Source of the DNA: Hyphomicrobiaceae bacterium
GTDB lineage: Bacteria > Pseudomonadota > Alphaproteobacteria > Rhizobiales > Hyphomicrobiaceae
NCBI GenBank assembly: GCA_965223355.1
Contig: CBDCWE010000003.1
Coordinates: 4,833,804-4,897,803 of the forward strand
Length of the DNA: 64,000 nt
Direction of reading: 5' to 3'
Below are positions 28,041-37,199 of this stretch, one piece after another (position 1 is the stretch's first letter; the number at the start of each line of letters is the position of its first letter). A model generated the notes under the pieces. It was not told where the DNA came from. It saw nothing but the letters and a program-made list of their open reading frames with translations, and searched no databases. The position numbers were made by a program, and so were the translations under genes.

Positions 28041-28184
28041 GGCGCAATTCCTCTTTCGATACCCGATATCCGTTTGGCAATTTCACTGCTCGTTATACGA
28101 TGACAGCAGATCGCAGGCCGGTGCACGCGGCACTGGCGCCAGGGTAACGCTTGCAACAGGATAAGCAAAATCGAGGAGGCGCAC

Positions 28185-28934
28185 ATGCGACTGGACGGCA
28201 AGACGGCGCTGGTGACGGGCGCGGCAGGCGGCATGGGAGCTGCGACGGCACGGCTTTTTGCGCAGGAGGGCGCGATGGTCGCGATTGGCGATGTGCTCGA
28301 CGCCGAGGTCGCCGGCGTGTGCGATGAGATCAAAGCGGCCGGCGGCGTTTGTGAGGCCCACCGGCTCGACATTTCGGATGAACGCAACTGGCGCCACGTC
28401 GTCGGCAGCATTGTTGCCGGTTTCGGGCGGATCGACATCCTGATCAACAATGCCGGCGTCAGCGGCTCCGACCCCAACCTTCTGAGCCGCGAGATCTGGG
28501 ATCAGCAAATGTCGATCAACGCAACCGGCACCTTCCTTGGCATGCGCACCACCATCCCGGAAATGCAGAAGACCAACGGCGGCGCCATCGTCAATATTTC
28601 CTCGATTTCCGGAGTGACCGGGCAGTCGTTCGTGCACATGGGCTACAACGCCTCGAAGGGGGCGGTGCGAACCATGACCAAAGCCGCCGCAGTGCAGTTT
28701 GCGAAGGATGGCATCCGGGTCAATTCCGTGCATCCGGGGCTGATGCCGGCCATGCGCACGTCAAAGCTCACCGCAGATCCCGAGATCCGGGCAAAGATGC
28801 TCGAAAGCGTACCCATGCGCCGCGCCGGGAGGATCGAAGAAGTTGCCGCCGCCAACCTGTTCCTGGCAAGCGATGAGGCATCCTACATCACCGGCGTCGA
28901 ACTGCCGGTTGATGGCGGCTTCCTGGCGCTTTGA
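28185..28934 (+). CDS. SDR-family oxidoreductase
   Basis: TGAAGGMG cofactor motif, NNAG, and YNASKGA (YxxxK). Confidence 0.85.
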   Translation: MRLDGKTALVTGAAGGMGAATARLFAQEGAMVAIGDVLDAEVAGVCDEIKAAGGVCEAHRLDISDERNWRHVVGSIVAGFGRIDILINNAGVSGSDPNLLSREIWDQQMSINATGTFLGMRTTIPEMQKTNGGAIVNISSISGVTGQSFVHMGYNASKGAVRTMTKAAAVQFAKDGIRVNSVHPGLMPAMRTSKLTADPEIRAKMLESVPMRRAGRIEEVAAANLFLASDEASYITGVELPVDGGFLAL

Positions 28935-29024
28935 CGACCTTATGCCAACCCGCGGAAATATTAACCCGCTTCATGGGTCCTGGCGGCTCACTCGGGCCGG
29001 CGCGGGCGGGCAGCGCCGTTGATC

Positions 29025-29128
29025 AATCGCCGCGGCGCAGCGATCCTTGAGGGGCTTGTCCGCCCCTCAAACACCCCGACCAGGGGATCGGTCCCCTGGA
29101 CCCCCAGCTGGTTCAGAGGTTGCTCTAG
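29025..29128 (-). repeat. B-type mosaic element, copy B3 (H3-like, H2, H1, linker) ending at the IS insertion site
   Basis: GAGGGGCttgtccGCCCCTC (29049-29068), CCAGGGGatcggtCCCCTGG (29080-29099), then CAGAGGTTGCTCTAG. Confidence 0.8.
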
Positions 29129-29968
29129 GGCCTGTTGAGTATCAGCGATTCACGAATCAGTTGTTTTCTGATTCAAGCTTCCTTTTGGAGGGAGGCTTGA
29201 ATGGCTGCACGGCGTGTGATCACTGACGGTATGTGGAAGAAGATGGCGCCGCACTGCCTCGGCAAGCCAACCGACCCCGGCCGCACGGGCAGCGACAACC
29301 GCACGTTCATGGAAGCCGTCCTGTGGATCGTGCGGACCGGCAGTCCGTGGCGCGACCTACCGGAAGAGTTCGGCAAATGGAACAGCGTCTACAAGCGCTT
29401 TCGAGAGTGGGTGAAGCTCGGTGTTTTTGAACGCGTTTTCGGTGCTTTATCCGGCGATCCTGATATCGAATATGCGATGGTCGACGGAACAATCGTCAAG
29501 GTCCACCGCCACGGACAGGGCGCAAAAGGGGGACCGGGAGCCAGGCTATCGGCAAGTCGAGAGGCGGGCTGACGACCAAAATCCTGGCGCTCACGGACGC
29601 GCTCGGCAATCTCGTGCGGTTCGAACTTCTGCCCGGCCATCGCCACGACACGGTTGGCGTTGCGCCGCTCATTGAGGATGTCGCGTTCGATGCCTTGCTC
29701 GGTGACAAGGCGTTCGATGTGAACTGGATCATCGAAGAGCTGAACGAACGCGGCGCCAAGGCCGTCATTTCGCAAATGCCGCATCGCGTTGCGCCGCTGG
29801 AGATTGACGCCGAAATCTATAAGTGGCGTCATCTCATCGAGAATTTCTTCTGCAAACTCAAAGAGTTCAAGCGCATCGCTATGCGCAGCGACAAAACTGA
29901 CGCCAGCTTCAGCGCGATGATCTACGCCGCGGCGGCAATCATCAATGGCGCCTGATACTCAACAGGCC
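29129..29968 (+). mobile_element. IS5-family (IS427-group-like) insertion sequence, apparently intact
   Basis: Perfect 17-bp terminal inverted repeats GGCCTGTTGAGTATCAG (29129-29145 and 29952-29968), flanked by CTAG on both sides (29125-29128 and 29969-29972). It encodes a two-frame DDE transposase. Confidence 0.85.
29201..29955 (+). CDS. IS5-family DDE transposase, two frames joined by a probable programmed -1 frameshift
   Basis: orfA (29201..29572, containing RTGSPWRDLPEEFG) and orfB (frame -1, open to 29955, containing DKAFD and YKWRHLIENFFCKLKEFKRIAMR). An A4G6 run (CAAAAGGGGGG near 29523-29533) lies in the overlap. Confidence 0.8.
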
Positions 29969-30107
29969 CTAGAGCAACCTGCCTTTATTCGGAATCGGAA
30001 CGATCCCGAATAAAGGCAGAAAGTTGCTCGCCTCTAAAGTGGCGATCATCTTTGTGCTTTAAGTTGGAACCGCAATAGCGGTTCCAACTTAAAGCACGAT
30101 GATCTAG
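29969..30107 (+). repeat. A-type double-hairpin element, copy A2
   Basis: CTAGAGCAACCTGCCTTTATTCGG...GCGGTTCCAACTTAAAGCACGATGATCTAG. The terminal CTAG holds the TAG stop of the 30104-30472 ORF. Confidence 0.9.
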
Positions 30108-30472
30108 CCGTACTTGCTTTGGTAATTCGTTGAAACGAAAACGTAAGCGCGCCCGACAGCAAACCAGAAGACCAGTGCGATTATGCCGGCCAGGAGACAC
30201 ATCAGGGCAAGGTTCAATGCTTGTTCCACCGAGCGGTAACGCATTTGCTTGAAACGGTTCCAGCTCTCGGCCCTCTCGTCAGGGGTCTTCAACAGATCGA
30301 TCGCCGCCTTGACGTCGGGATTGTTGCCGAAGAACTTCTGATGGGCGGCAGCAACCTCGGATCGGTACTCCAGATAGTTGGTTGCAGCTGCAATCGCGCA
30401 GATCAGACTGAGGCCGACAAAGGCGGCGGCAACCGCCAGGCCAATGCGGTTGAAACCCTGCTGGATCGTCAC
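30104..30472 (-). CDS. small membrane protein of unknown function (122 aa, two TM)
   Basis: ORF 30104..30592 trimmed to the GTG at 30472, which is preceded by GAGGGAGGG. The longer N-terminus would be encoded by repeat DNA. Confidence 0.5.
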   Translation of the reverse strand: MTIQQGFNRIGLAVAAAFVGLSLICAIAAATNYLEYRSEVAAAHQKFFGNNPDVKAAIDLLKTPDERAESWNRFKQMRYRSVEQALNLALMCLLAGIIALVFWFAVGRAYVFVSTNYQSKYG

Positions 30473-30490
30473 TGGCAGCCCTCCCTCAGG

Positions 30491-30631
30491 ACACAAAGAT
30501 GATTGCCTCTTTAGAACCGAGCAACTTTCTGCCTTTGGTCGAGATCGTTCCGATCTCGACCAAAGGCAGGTTGGGCCAGTGGTCTCAATCACCTAGAATG
30601 GCGCATTCAGACGCTCAGATTTGGTCTGTGC
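30491..30631 (-). repeat. A-type variant (hairpin 1 with compensatory stem changes) fused to D-type repeat copy 2
   Basis: The hairpin at 30529-30569 is CTGCCTTTGGTCGAGATCG-TTC-CGATCTCGACCAAAGGCAG. It is followed by CCAGTGGTCTCAATCACCTAGAATGGCGCATTCAGA and GATTTGGTCTGTGC. Confidence 0.75.
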
Positions 30632-30726
30632 CAAGGCGCGGTGGGTGATGCGGCGCATCATAAGGCCGCTGCAACGCCGGCACCAGGCCAAATCTGAGCG
30701 CCTCCGGTGCGCTGGGCGGCACCTTG

Positions 30727-31341
30727 TCATGTCCGCAGCCAAGCGTACTCCGAACGGTCGGCTTCGAACGATGATATATCGGCTGCATGCTGCATTGTCA
30801 GGCCGATATCGTCGAGCCCCTCGAGCATGCGCTGCTTGTCGAAGGCGGCAATCTCAAACTTGAACGTCGTGCCGTTGAGTGCCGTGACGGTCTGGGCGTT
30901 GAGGTCAATTGCGATCTCGGCACCCGGCGCCTCATGCAAATGAGCCCGTAGCTTGTCGCAATCCTCGCGTGAAAGGCGCACCGGCAACACCCCGTACTTC
31001 ATGCAGTTGTTGTAGTGGATGTCGCCGAAGCTGGGCGCGATGACGGCGCGAATGCCGTTGGCAACCAGCGCGTTGACGGCATTTTCGCGTGATGAACCGC
31101 AACCCCAGTTGACGTCCGCAACGATGATCTTGGCGTCGCGGTACGGCGCCTGGTTCATGACGAAGTCAGACCGTTCGCTGCCATCGTCATTGAAGCGCAA
31201 ATCATGAAACAGAAAGCGGTCATAGCCGGGCGTCTCGCCCGGGCGGTGGCGCAGGAAGCGTGCCGGAATGATCTGATCAGTATCGCAGTTGGCAATGTCC
31301 ACGGGCATGGCCATGGACTTGAAGGAGGTGAAGGCTTCCAT
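30727..31341 (-). CDS. leuD: 3-isopropylmalate dehydratase small subunit (LeuD-type)
   Basis: ANCDTDQIIPARFL and the LeuD-like length, downstream of a LeuC-type gene. Confidence 0.75.
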   Translation of the reverse strand: MEAFTSFKSMAMPVDIANCDTDQIIPARFLRHRPGETPGYDRFLFHDLRFNDDGSERSDFVMNQAPYRDAKIIVADVNWGCGSSRENAVNALVANGIRAVIAPSFGDIHYNNCMKYGVLPVRLSREDCDKLRAHLHEAPGAEIAIDLNAQTVTALNGTTFKFEIAAFDKQRMLEGLDDIGLTMQHAADISSFEADRSEYAWLRT

Positions 31342-31444
31342 AAGACGTTGCTCCGTCGTTGTGCGGCAGCCGGCAAGCCGTGGTTGGCTGCCACAGCGCG
31401 ACTTGTTCGATCGCGCCCGGGCCGCCGCCCGCCGGTCGGGTTGC

Positions 31445-32845
31445 TCACTGTTCCATCAGTTTGCGGACATCGGCGAATTTGCCGGTCACGGCGGCGGCAG
31501 CCGCCATCGCCGGACTGACCAGATGCGTGCGGCTGCCCGGTCCCTGGCGGCCGCGGAAGTTGCGATTGGAGGTCGACGCTGAGCGCTCGCCCGGCTTTAG
31601 CGTGTCGCCGTTCATGCCAACACACATCGAACAGCCCTGGAGCCGCCACTCGAAGCCGGCATCCACGAAGATCTTGTCAAGGCCCTCGGCCTCGGCCTGT
31701 TTGCGCACCAACCCCGAACCCGGCACCACCATCGACGGGACCACGGCCTTGCGTCCCTTGGCGACGGCGGCGGCGGCGCGCAGATCCTCAATGCGGGCGT
31801 TGGTGCAGGCCCCGATGAAGACCCGGTCGACGGCAATGTCGGTGACCGGCATACCGGGCGTGAGATTCATGTAGTCGTAGGCGGCGCGCATGGCGGCCCG
31901 GCGATCGGCATCGGCCTCGGCGTCCGGGTCCGGCAGCAGCTCGGTGACCTGGACCGCCTCCTGTGGCGAGTTCCCCCACGTGACCATCGGCGCAATGGCG
32001 CCCGCATCGACGGTTTCCTCGCGATCGAACACGGCATCCGGATCGGACGGCAGGGCACGCCAGAACCGGACCGCCTGATCCCAGGCCTCACCCGTCGGCG
32101 CAAAGGGGCGGCCTTCGATGTATGAAAGCGTCGTCTCATCCGGCGAGATCATGCCAAAGCGCCCGCCGGCTTCAATTGTCATGTTGCACACCGTCAGGCG
32201 GCCTTCCATCGACATGTCGCGGATCGCCGAGCCGGCAAATTCGATGGCGTAGCCAGTGCCGCCGGCCGCTCCGATCTGGCGGATGACGGCGAGGATGACG
32301 TCTTTGCCGGTGACGCTGAAACCGAGCGTGCCTTCGACATTGATGCGCATCGTCCGCGGGCGCCGTTGCCAGATCGTCTGCGTCGCCATGACATGGGTGA
32401 CTTCCGATGAGCCAATGCCGAACGAGATGCAGCCCAATGCGCCGTGGGTCGAGGTATGACTGTCGCCACACACCAGGGTGATGCCCGGCAGCGTGATGCC
32501 CTGCTCCGGCCCGACGACATGGGCAATGCCTTGGCGCTCATCACCCCACGGGAACACCGTGATGCCGAATTCCTTGCTGTTGGCCTCGATGACGGTCGCG
32601 ATTTCCTTGGCCTTGGGATCGGCCAAGGCATCGAGATCGGCGGTGTGGGTCGGCGTATAGTGATCCGGCGTCGCGAAGGTCTGCTGCGGGCGCCTGACCG
32701 TCAGGCCGGCTTCGCGCAGGCGTGCGAATGCGGCTGCCGAGCCGTCATGACACAGGTGCCGGTCGATATAGAGCAATGTCTGGCCCTGCTGTTCGGTGAC
32801 GACATGGCGGTCCCAGATCTTCTCAAAAAGTGTCTTGCCAGGCAT
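31445..32845 (-). CDS. leuC: 3-isopropylmalate dehydratase large subunit (LeuC-type aconitase-family)
   Basis: Start trimmed to [16 protein letters not shown]. It tracks E. coli LeuC along its whole length as I recall that sequence, including [40 protein letters not shown] and [12 protein letters not shown]. Confidence 0.8.
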   Translation of the reverse strand: MPGKTLFEKIWDRHVVTEQQGQTLLYIDRHLCHDGSAAAFARLREAGLTVRRPQQTFATPDHYTPTHTADLDALADPKAKEIATVIEANSKEFGITVFPWGDERQGIAHVVGPEQGITLPGITLVCGDSHTSTHGALGCISFGIGSSEVTHVMATQTIWQRRPRTMRINVEGTLGFSVTGKDVILAVIRQIGAAGGTGYAIEFAGSAIRDMSMEGRLTVCNMTIEAGGRFGMISPDETTLSYIEGRPFAPTGEAWDQAVRFWRALPSDPDAVFDREETVDAGAIAPMVTWGNSPQEAVQVTELLPDPDAEADADRRAAMRAAYDYMNLTPGMPVTDIAVDRVFIGACTNARIEDLRAAAAVAKGRKAVVPSMVVPGSGLVRKQAEAEGLDKIFVDAGFEWRLQGCSMCVGMNGDTLKPGERSASTSNRNFRGRQGPGSRTHLVSPAMAAAAAVTGKFADVRKLMEQ

Positions 32846-32873
32846 TGGATGTTTCCTCTCGCGCGGCCGGCGC

Positions 32874-33818
32874 TTACTCGGCGGCTTCGCCGGTCGGCTG
32901 ATGGCCGATCGAATCTGCATATTTCTCGAGTTCTTCCTCGCCGAGAAACGCCTTCTCCCAGGCCATCACCTGATCGAACCCCGCGAACGTGTGCAGGTCG
33001 CCCATCGGATGGTCCTTATAGGCGTCATTGAAGCGCTTTTCAGCGATCGGGCCATTGTCGCGCAGCTCGACGGCGAGATCGTAGATCGCCATCATCGTGG
33101 CGCGGAACGTGGCGCCGGGCGTGATCGTGATCGCGATGCCGAGGTCATTGAGATCCTCGCGCGTGAAACGCGGCGACACCCCGGTCTGATTGTAGAGGAT
33201 CGGGCCCTTGACCTCGGAACATATCCGCTTGACCTCGTCGACGTCGGTCGGGCCTTCAACGAAGGCGACATCGGCGCCGGCTTCGAGATAGGCATTGGCG
33301 CGGGTAATCGCATCATCGAGCGTGCCGCCATGGGCGCCGCGGGCGTCGGTGCGGGCAATCAGAACGAAGTCGGGGTCGATTTCCTTGCGCGCATAATCGG
33401 CTGCACGATACTTGCCAACGGCCTCGTCGATGGGAATAACGCGACGCCCGGCGACATGGCCGCAGCGCTTCGGGATAACCTGATCCTCGATGTGGATCGC
33501 GGCAACCCCGGTGTGAATGTATTCCTTGACGGTGCGAATGGTATTGATCGCATTGCCATAACCGTTGTCGGCATCTGCAATTACCGGCACATCGACGGCA
33601 TTGGCGATGTAGCGGGCGTTCATGTGCATCTCGGTCATGGTCGCGAGGCCGGCATCGGGCATACCGAGCAATGATAGCGACGTGCCGTAGCCGGTCATGT
33701 AGATTGCCGGAAAGCCGACCTTGTCGAGCACGCGTGCGCTCATTGCGTTGTAACATCCCGGCACGAAGATGGCCTCGCCGGCGTTGATCATCTGGCGCAG
33801 CTTTGTCGTGTTCTTCAT
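32874..33818 (-). CDS. isocitrate lyase / PEP mutase superfamily enzyme (methylisocitrate-lyase / dimethylmalate-lyase-like)
   Basis: Start trimmed to [11 protein letters not shown]. Has [16 protein letters not shown] and IHIEDQV..KRCGH motifs typical of the ICL/PEPM fold. Confidence 0.75.
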   Translation of the reverse strand: MKNTTKLRQMINAGEAIFVPGCYNAMSARVLDKVGFPAIYMTGYGTSLSLLGMPDAGLATMTEMHMNARYIANAVDVPVIADADNGYGNAINTIRTVKEYIHTGVAAIHIEDQVIPKRCGHVAGRRVIPIDEAVGKYRAADYARKEIDPDFVLIARTDARGAHGGTLDDAITRANAYLEAGADVAFVEGPTDVDEVKRICSEVKGPILYNQTGVSPRFTREDLNDLGIAITITPGATFRATMMAIYDLAVELRDNGPIAEKRFNDAYKDHPMGDLHTFAGFDQVMAWEKAFLGEEELEKYADSIGHQPTGEAAE

Positions 33819-34223
33819 CGGCGCAGCCTCCCGGGTCGAATTGGCCGTTAAGATTGCCGGCAAACTAGGCCGCGGCCGGTCGGCCGGCAAGCCGGCCCCG
33901 GTGAAATCGGGCAGGTGATGGGGCGCCAAGTCAGGCCGCGGCCGGTCGGCACCTGCCCCTTTCCAATCCCGTAGAGGTTGACATGCCGCCGGAGGTTCCA
34001 AGCCAAGTTGCAAGGCTGCTCGACGAATTGAACATCAAGGATGTCGTCGAGAGGCCGGAACCGTAGCAGGGTCAAACGCCGGTCCGGCCGGTTCCCGGTC
34101 TGCGCCACCGGTTTATGACGACAGTGCCAAAAATTGTTACTCACTGCAGGGCGATTGAACTTGATATTGGTGGCGCTTTTGCGAGAGGGTGTAATCAGTG
34201 ACAGTTGCAACGAGGGTTCCCGA

Positions 34224-35642
34224 ATGAGTATGACCGGCAACGAACCAAGTTTCCGCCAATCCGTCGACACGATGTTTGCGAGAGCCGTCGCGATCGCCGA
34301 CCTGCCGCCTGGGCTGGCCGAGAAAATTCGCGTTTGCAACTCGACTTACGTGGTCAGGTTCGGGGTGCGTCTGCGTGGGCAGATGCACACGTTTACCGGC
34401 TACCGATCGGTTCATTCCGAGCACGTCGAGCCGGTCAAGGGCGGCATCCGTTATGCACCCAGCGTCAATCAGGACGAGGTCGAGGCGTTGGCTGCGCTGA
34501 TGACCTACAAGTGCGCGCTGGTCGAGACGCCATTCGGCGGTGCGAAGGGCGGGCTGACGCTCGATCCGAAGGAATGGGATGTCCACGAACTTGAACGGAT
34601 CACGCGCCGCTTTACCTACGAACTGGTCAAGCGCAGCCTCATTCATCCGGCACAAAACGTGCCGGCGCCGGATATGGGAACCGGCGAACGTGAGATGGCC
34701 TGGATTGCCGATGAGTTTCGCCGCCTCAATACAACCGAGATCGACAGCCGGGCATGCGTCACCGGCAAGCCGCGCGAGGCCGGCGGCATTGCCGGGCGGA
34801 CCGAGGCAACCGGACGCGGCGTGCAGTTCGCGCTGCGGGAGTTTTTCCGCAACCGTGAAGACCTCGCGCGGGCGACGCTGGACGGCAGCCTTGACGGCAA
34901 GCGGGTCGTGATCCAGGGGCTCGGCAATGTTGGATATCACGCGGCGAAATTCCTGGACGAAGAGGATGGTTGCAAGGTTGTCGGTATCATTGAAGCCGAC
35001 GGCGCCATCATTGACGACGGCGGCCTGCCGGTCGAGCGGGTCAAGCAGCATATTCTCGAATCCGGTGGTGTCAGGGGCTTCCCGGGCGCCCAGTTCATCG
35101 CCGACGGACCACGCGTGCTCGAGACCGATTGCGACATCCTCATTCCGGCCGCGATGGAAAGTGTGATCAACCTGACCAATGCCGAGCGCATCGCTGCGCC
35201 GCTGATCATCGAGGCGGCCAACGGTCCGATCACGGCAGCGGCCGACGAGATCCTCAACAAGAAGGGTTGCGTGATCATCCCCGACCTCTATGCCAATGCC
35301 GGCGGGGTGACGGTGTCCTATTTCGAGTGGGTTAAAAACCTGTCCCATATCCGCTTCGGGCGCATGCAACGACGCCAAGAGGAGGGCAGGCACCACATGC
35401 TGATCAGCGAACTGGAGCGTGCGATCGGACAAGAACTGCCGGAAACGTTCAAGGAACAGTATCTTCAGGGCGCCGATGAAATCGACCTGGTGCGGTCCGG
35501 TCTCGACGATACGATGCGCGCCTCCTATCAGGCGATGCGAGAGATCTGGTATGGCCGCGATGAAGTTCGCACCTTGCGCGTGGCAGCCTATCTGGTCGCC
35601 ATCAATCGGGTCGCCGCCAGCTATCAATCGATGGGTCTCTAG
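34224..35642 (+). CDS. Glu/Leu/Phe/Val-family amino-acid dehydrogenase
   Basis: Start trimmed to MSMTGNEP. Has the catalytic-lysine region PFGGAKGG and the NAD(P) motif GLGNVG. Its TAG stop lies in the CTAG of repeat A3. Confidence 0.85.
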   Translation: MSMTGNEPSFRQSVDTMFARAVAIADLPPGLAEKIRVCNSTYVVRFGVRLRGQMHTFTGYRSVHSEHVEPVKGGIRYAPSVNQDEVEALAALMTYKCALVETPFGGAKGGLTLDPKEWDVHELERITRRFTYELVKRSLIHPAQNVPAPDMGTGEREMAWIADEFRRLNTTEIDSRACVTGKPREAGGIAGRTEATGRGVQFALREFFRNREDLARATLDGSLDGKRVVIQGLGNVGYHAAKFLDEEDGCKVVGIIEADGAIIDDGGLPVERVKQHILESGGVRGFPGAQFIADGPRVLETDCDILIPAAMESVINLTNAERIAAPLIIEAANGPITAAADEILNKKGCVIIPDLYANAGGVTVSYFEWVKNLSHIRFGRMQRRQEEGRHHMLISELERAIGQELPETFKEQYLQGADEIDLVRSGLDDTMRASYQAMREIWYGRDEVRTLRVAAYLVAINRVAASYQSMGL

Positions 35643-35777
35643 ATCATCGTGCTTTAAGTTGGAACCGCTATTGCGGTTCCAACTTAAAGCACAAAGATGA
35701 TCGCCACTTTAGAGGCGAGCAACTTTGTGCCTTTATTCGGGATCGTTCCGATTCCGAATAAAGGCAGGTTGCTCTAG
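35639..35777 (-). repeat. A-type double-hairpin element, copy A3
   Basis: CTAGATCATCGTGCTTTAAGTTGGAACCGC...AATAAAGGCAGGTTGCTCTAG. Near-identical to A1. Confidence 0.9.
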
Positions 35778-35930
35778 GAAACCTCTGCACAAGTCCTGGG
35801 TCCAGGGGACCCATCCCCTGGTCGGGGAGTATGAGGGGCGGACAAGCCCCTCATCGATCGCCGCACAGCGGCGATTGGTTGAGAACTCCACCCTTAACAA
35901 TCCCACCAAAGGGCGTTGCCCTTTGGACGC
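35778..35930 (+). repeat. B-type five-hairpin mosaic element, copy B4 (H1 to H5)
   Basis: H1 at 35802-35821, H2 at 35833-35852, H3 at 35857-35875, a half H4, and H5 at 35906-35926. It is directly fused to A3 through CTAG-GAAACCTCTG. Confidence 0.85.
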
Positions 35931-36017
35931 TTGAGACTTGAGTAAGAGGTTCCCGAGTGCATCGCCGGCCTGCGCGGCCATCCGCAGCCACGATCTGAGG
36001 GGACCGGGCCGAGGAGC

Positions 36018-36054
36018 GGGATGGTTTGCGCCAACTCTGAAAGGCGATAGTTGG
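36018..36054 (+). repeat. C-type repeat copy
   Basis: GGGATGGTTTGCGCCAACTCTGAAAGGCGATAGTTGG, in which CCAACT and AGTTGG form a hairpin. It sits just 3' of the PP2C gene. Confidence 0.5.
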
Positions 36055-36074
36055 CCCAGATCTGGACCGTTACG

Positions 36075-37199
36075 TTAACGGGCTGGCTCCGTTGTCGAAT
36101 TCTGTGAATTGACAGCCGGTGGATTGCGCTCGCCGCTGGTCCGAACAGAATCATAATACCACAGCATCGCGACAGCGGTTGCAACGATAACAGCGCCGAT
36201 GATCGCGCCAACCGCGCCGCCGCTGTCGCGGTGGCTTGGTGGCCTGTTGTGAGATTGGCGGTCGCGACCCGCCACACCGCGATCAGTGCCGACTTTGGCC
36301 TGCGCTGCCACGGTGTTTCCGGCCACGCCCACAGGTTTGAGCTCCATCGTTAGCTCGGGCGCGTCTACATGGCCGCCATCCGGCGGCGCCGGCGACGCCA
36401 ATGGATCAAACCGATTGCACACCCGCACGACCATCACCGTGGTGTTGTCCTGGTTCGCAACACCTTTGCGCTCGACGCCCTGCAGCAACGCCCGCGCGGT
36501 CGCCGTCGGAGAACTTCCGGTGACGTCCCCGCGCAATAAGATGTCTGCTATCTCATCACCGCTGAGAGCCTCGAGCCCGTCGCTTGCAAGTATCACCCAA
36601 TCGCCGGGTTGCAACTTGAACGGCTGTTGCGGATTGTCTCTCAGCGCAATGTGTTTGCCAATCAGGGCGGACCGCAACGATCGCCGCTGCCGGCTGTTCC
36701 TTGCCTGCTCCTCGGATATGATTTTGGCGGCGGCCTGGCGGTCCAAGATGTTGCCGAGCGAATGGTCTTCGTTGAGCCGGAAGAGCCGCCCTCGGCGATA
36801 GTACAAGAGCGCCGAGTCGCCAACGCTCATCCAACGCATTCCAGTTTGATCGAGAAAGGCTGCCAGCAGCGTGCAACCCATACCTTCCAGTTTCGGATCC
36901 CTGGCAACGGCCGCACCGATGGCAGCATTGCTCTCGACCAACGCATCGTTGAGGCGCTGATTGATGGCACCGCTCAGCGAGGCGAAGACATCGATGTATG
37001 TCTGGCAGGCGATCCGGCTCGCGACCTCGCCGGCGACATGTCCTCCCATACCGTCGGACAACACCGCCAGCAGTGGCGCCGACAGCTGCGACCCGCCATC
37101 GGCCTTGGACCGCTGGAAGTGGCAATAGTCCTGCTGATGGGCACGCCCACCCTGAATGGCCTCGTAGCCGATCTCAAAGTCAAGACTGGGCTGGTTCAT
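36075..37199 (-). CDS. PP2C-family Ser/Thr phosphatase with C-terminal transmembrane anchor
   Basis: Has RAHQQDY, LSDGMGGHVAGEVAS, GCT, ILASDGL and QDNTTVMVV motifs. A low-complexity linker is followed by one TM (AVGAIIGAVIVATAVAMLWYY). Confidence 0.85.
   Translation of the reverse strand: MNQPSLDFEIGYEAIQGGRAHQQDYCHFQRSKADGGSQLSAPLLAVLSDGMGGHVAGEVASRIACQTYIDVFASLSGAINQRLNDALVESNAAIGAAVARDPKLEGMGCTLLAAFLDQTGMRWMSVGDSALLYYRRGRLFRLNEDHSLGNILDRQAAAKIISEEQARNSRQRRSLRSALIGKHIALRDNPQQPFKLQPGDWVILASDGLEALSGDEIADILLRGDVTGSSPTATARALLQGVERKGVANQDNTTVMVVRVCNRFDPLASPAPPDGGHVDAPELTMELKPVGVAGNTVAAQAKVGTDRGVAGRDRQSHNRPPSHRDSGGAVGAIIGAVIVATAVAMLWYYDSVRTSGERNPPAVNSQNSTTEPAR

Noticed and set aside
29985-30200. 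ORFs encoding the recurring peptide DHRALSWNRYCGSNLKHKDDRHFRGEQLSAFIRDRSDSE (also 44757..44951 and the tail of 13047..13388)
   Set aside because: The shared peptide is simply the translation of the A-type repeat. The parts outside the repeat are unrelated, so these are not paralogous genes.
33848-34339. 163-aa minus-strand ORF spanning the divergent promoter region and the 5' end of the dehydrogenase gene
   Set aside because: It overlaps the start of a well-supported gene and the repeat-containing control region. Its composition is low-complexity and it has no RBS.
34137-35627. 496-aa ORF antisense to the amino-acid dehydrogenase gene
   Set aside because: It is a shadow ORF typical of high-GC DNA. 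It is rich in Arg, Ala, Gly, Asp and His and shows no recognisable motifs, whereas the opposite strand carries clear dehydrogenase signatures.
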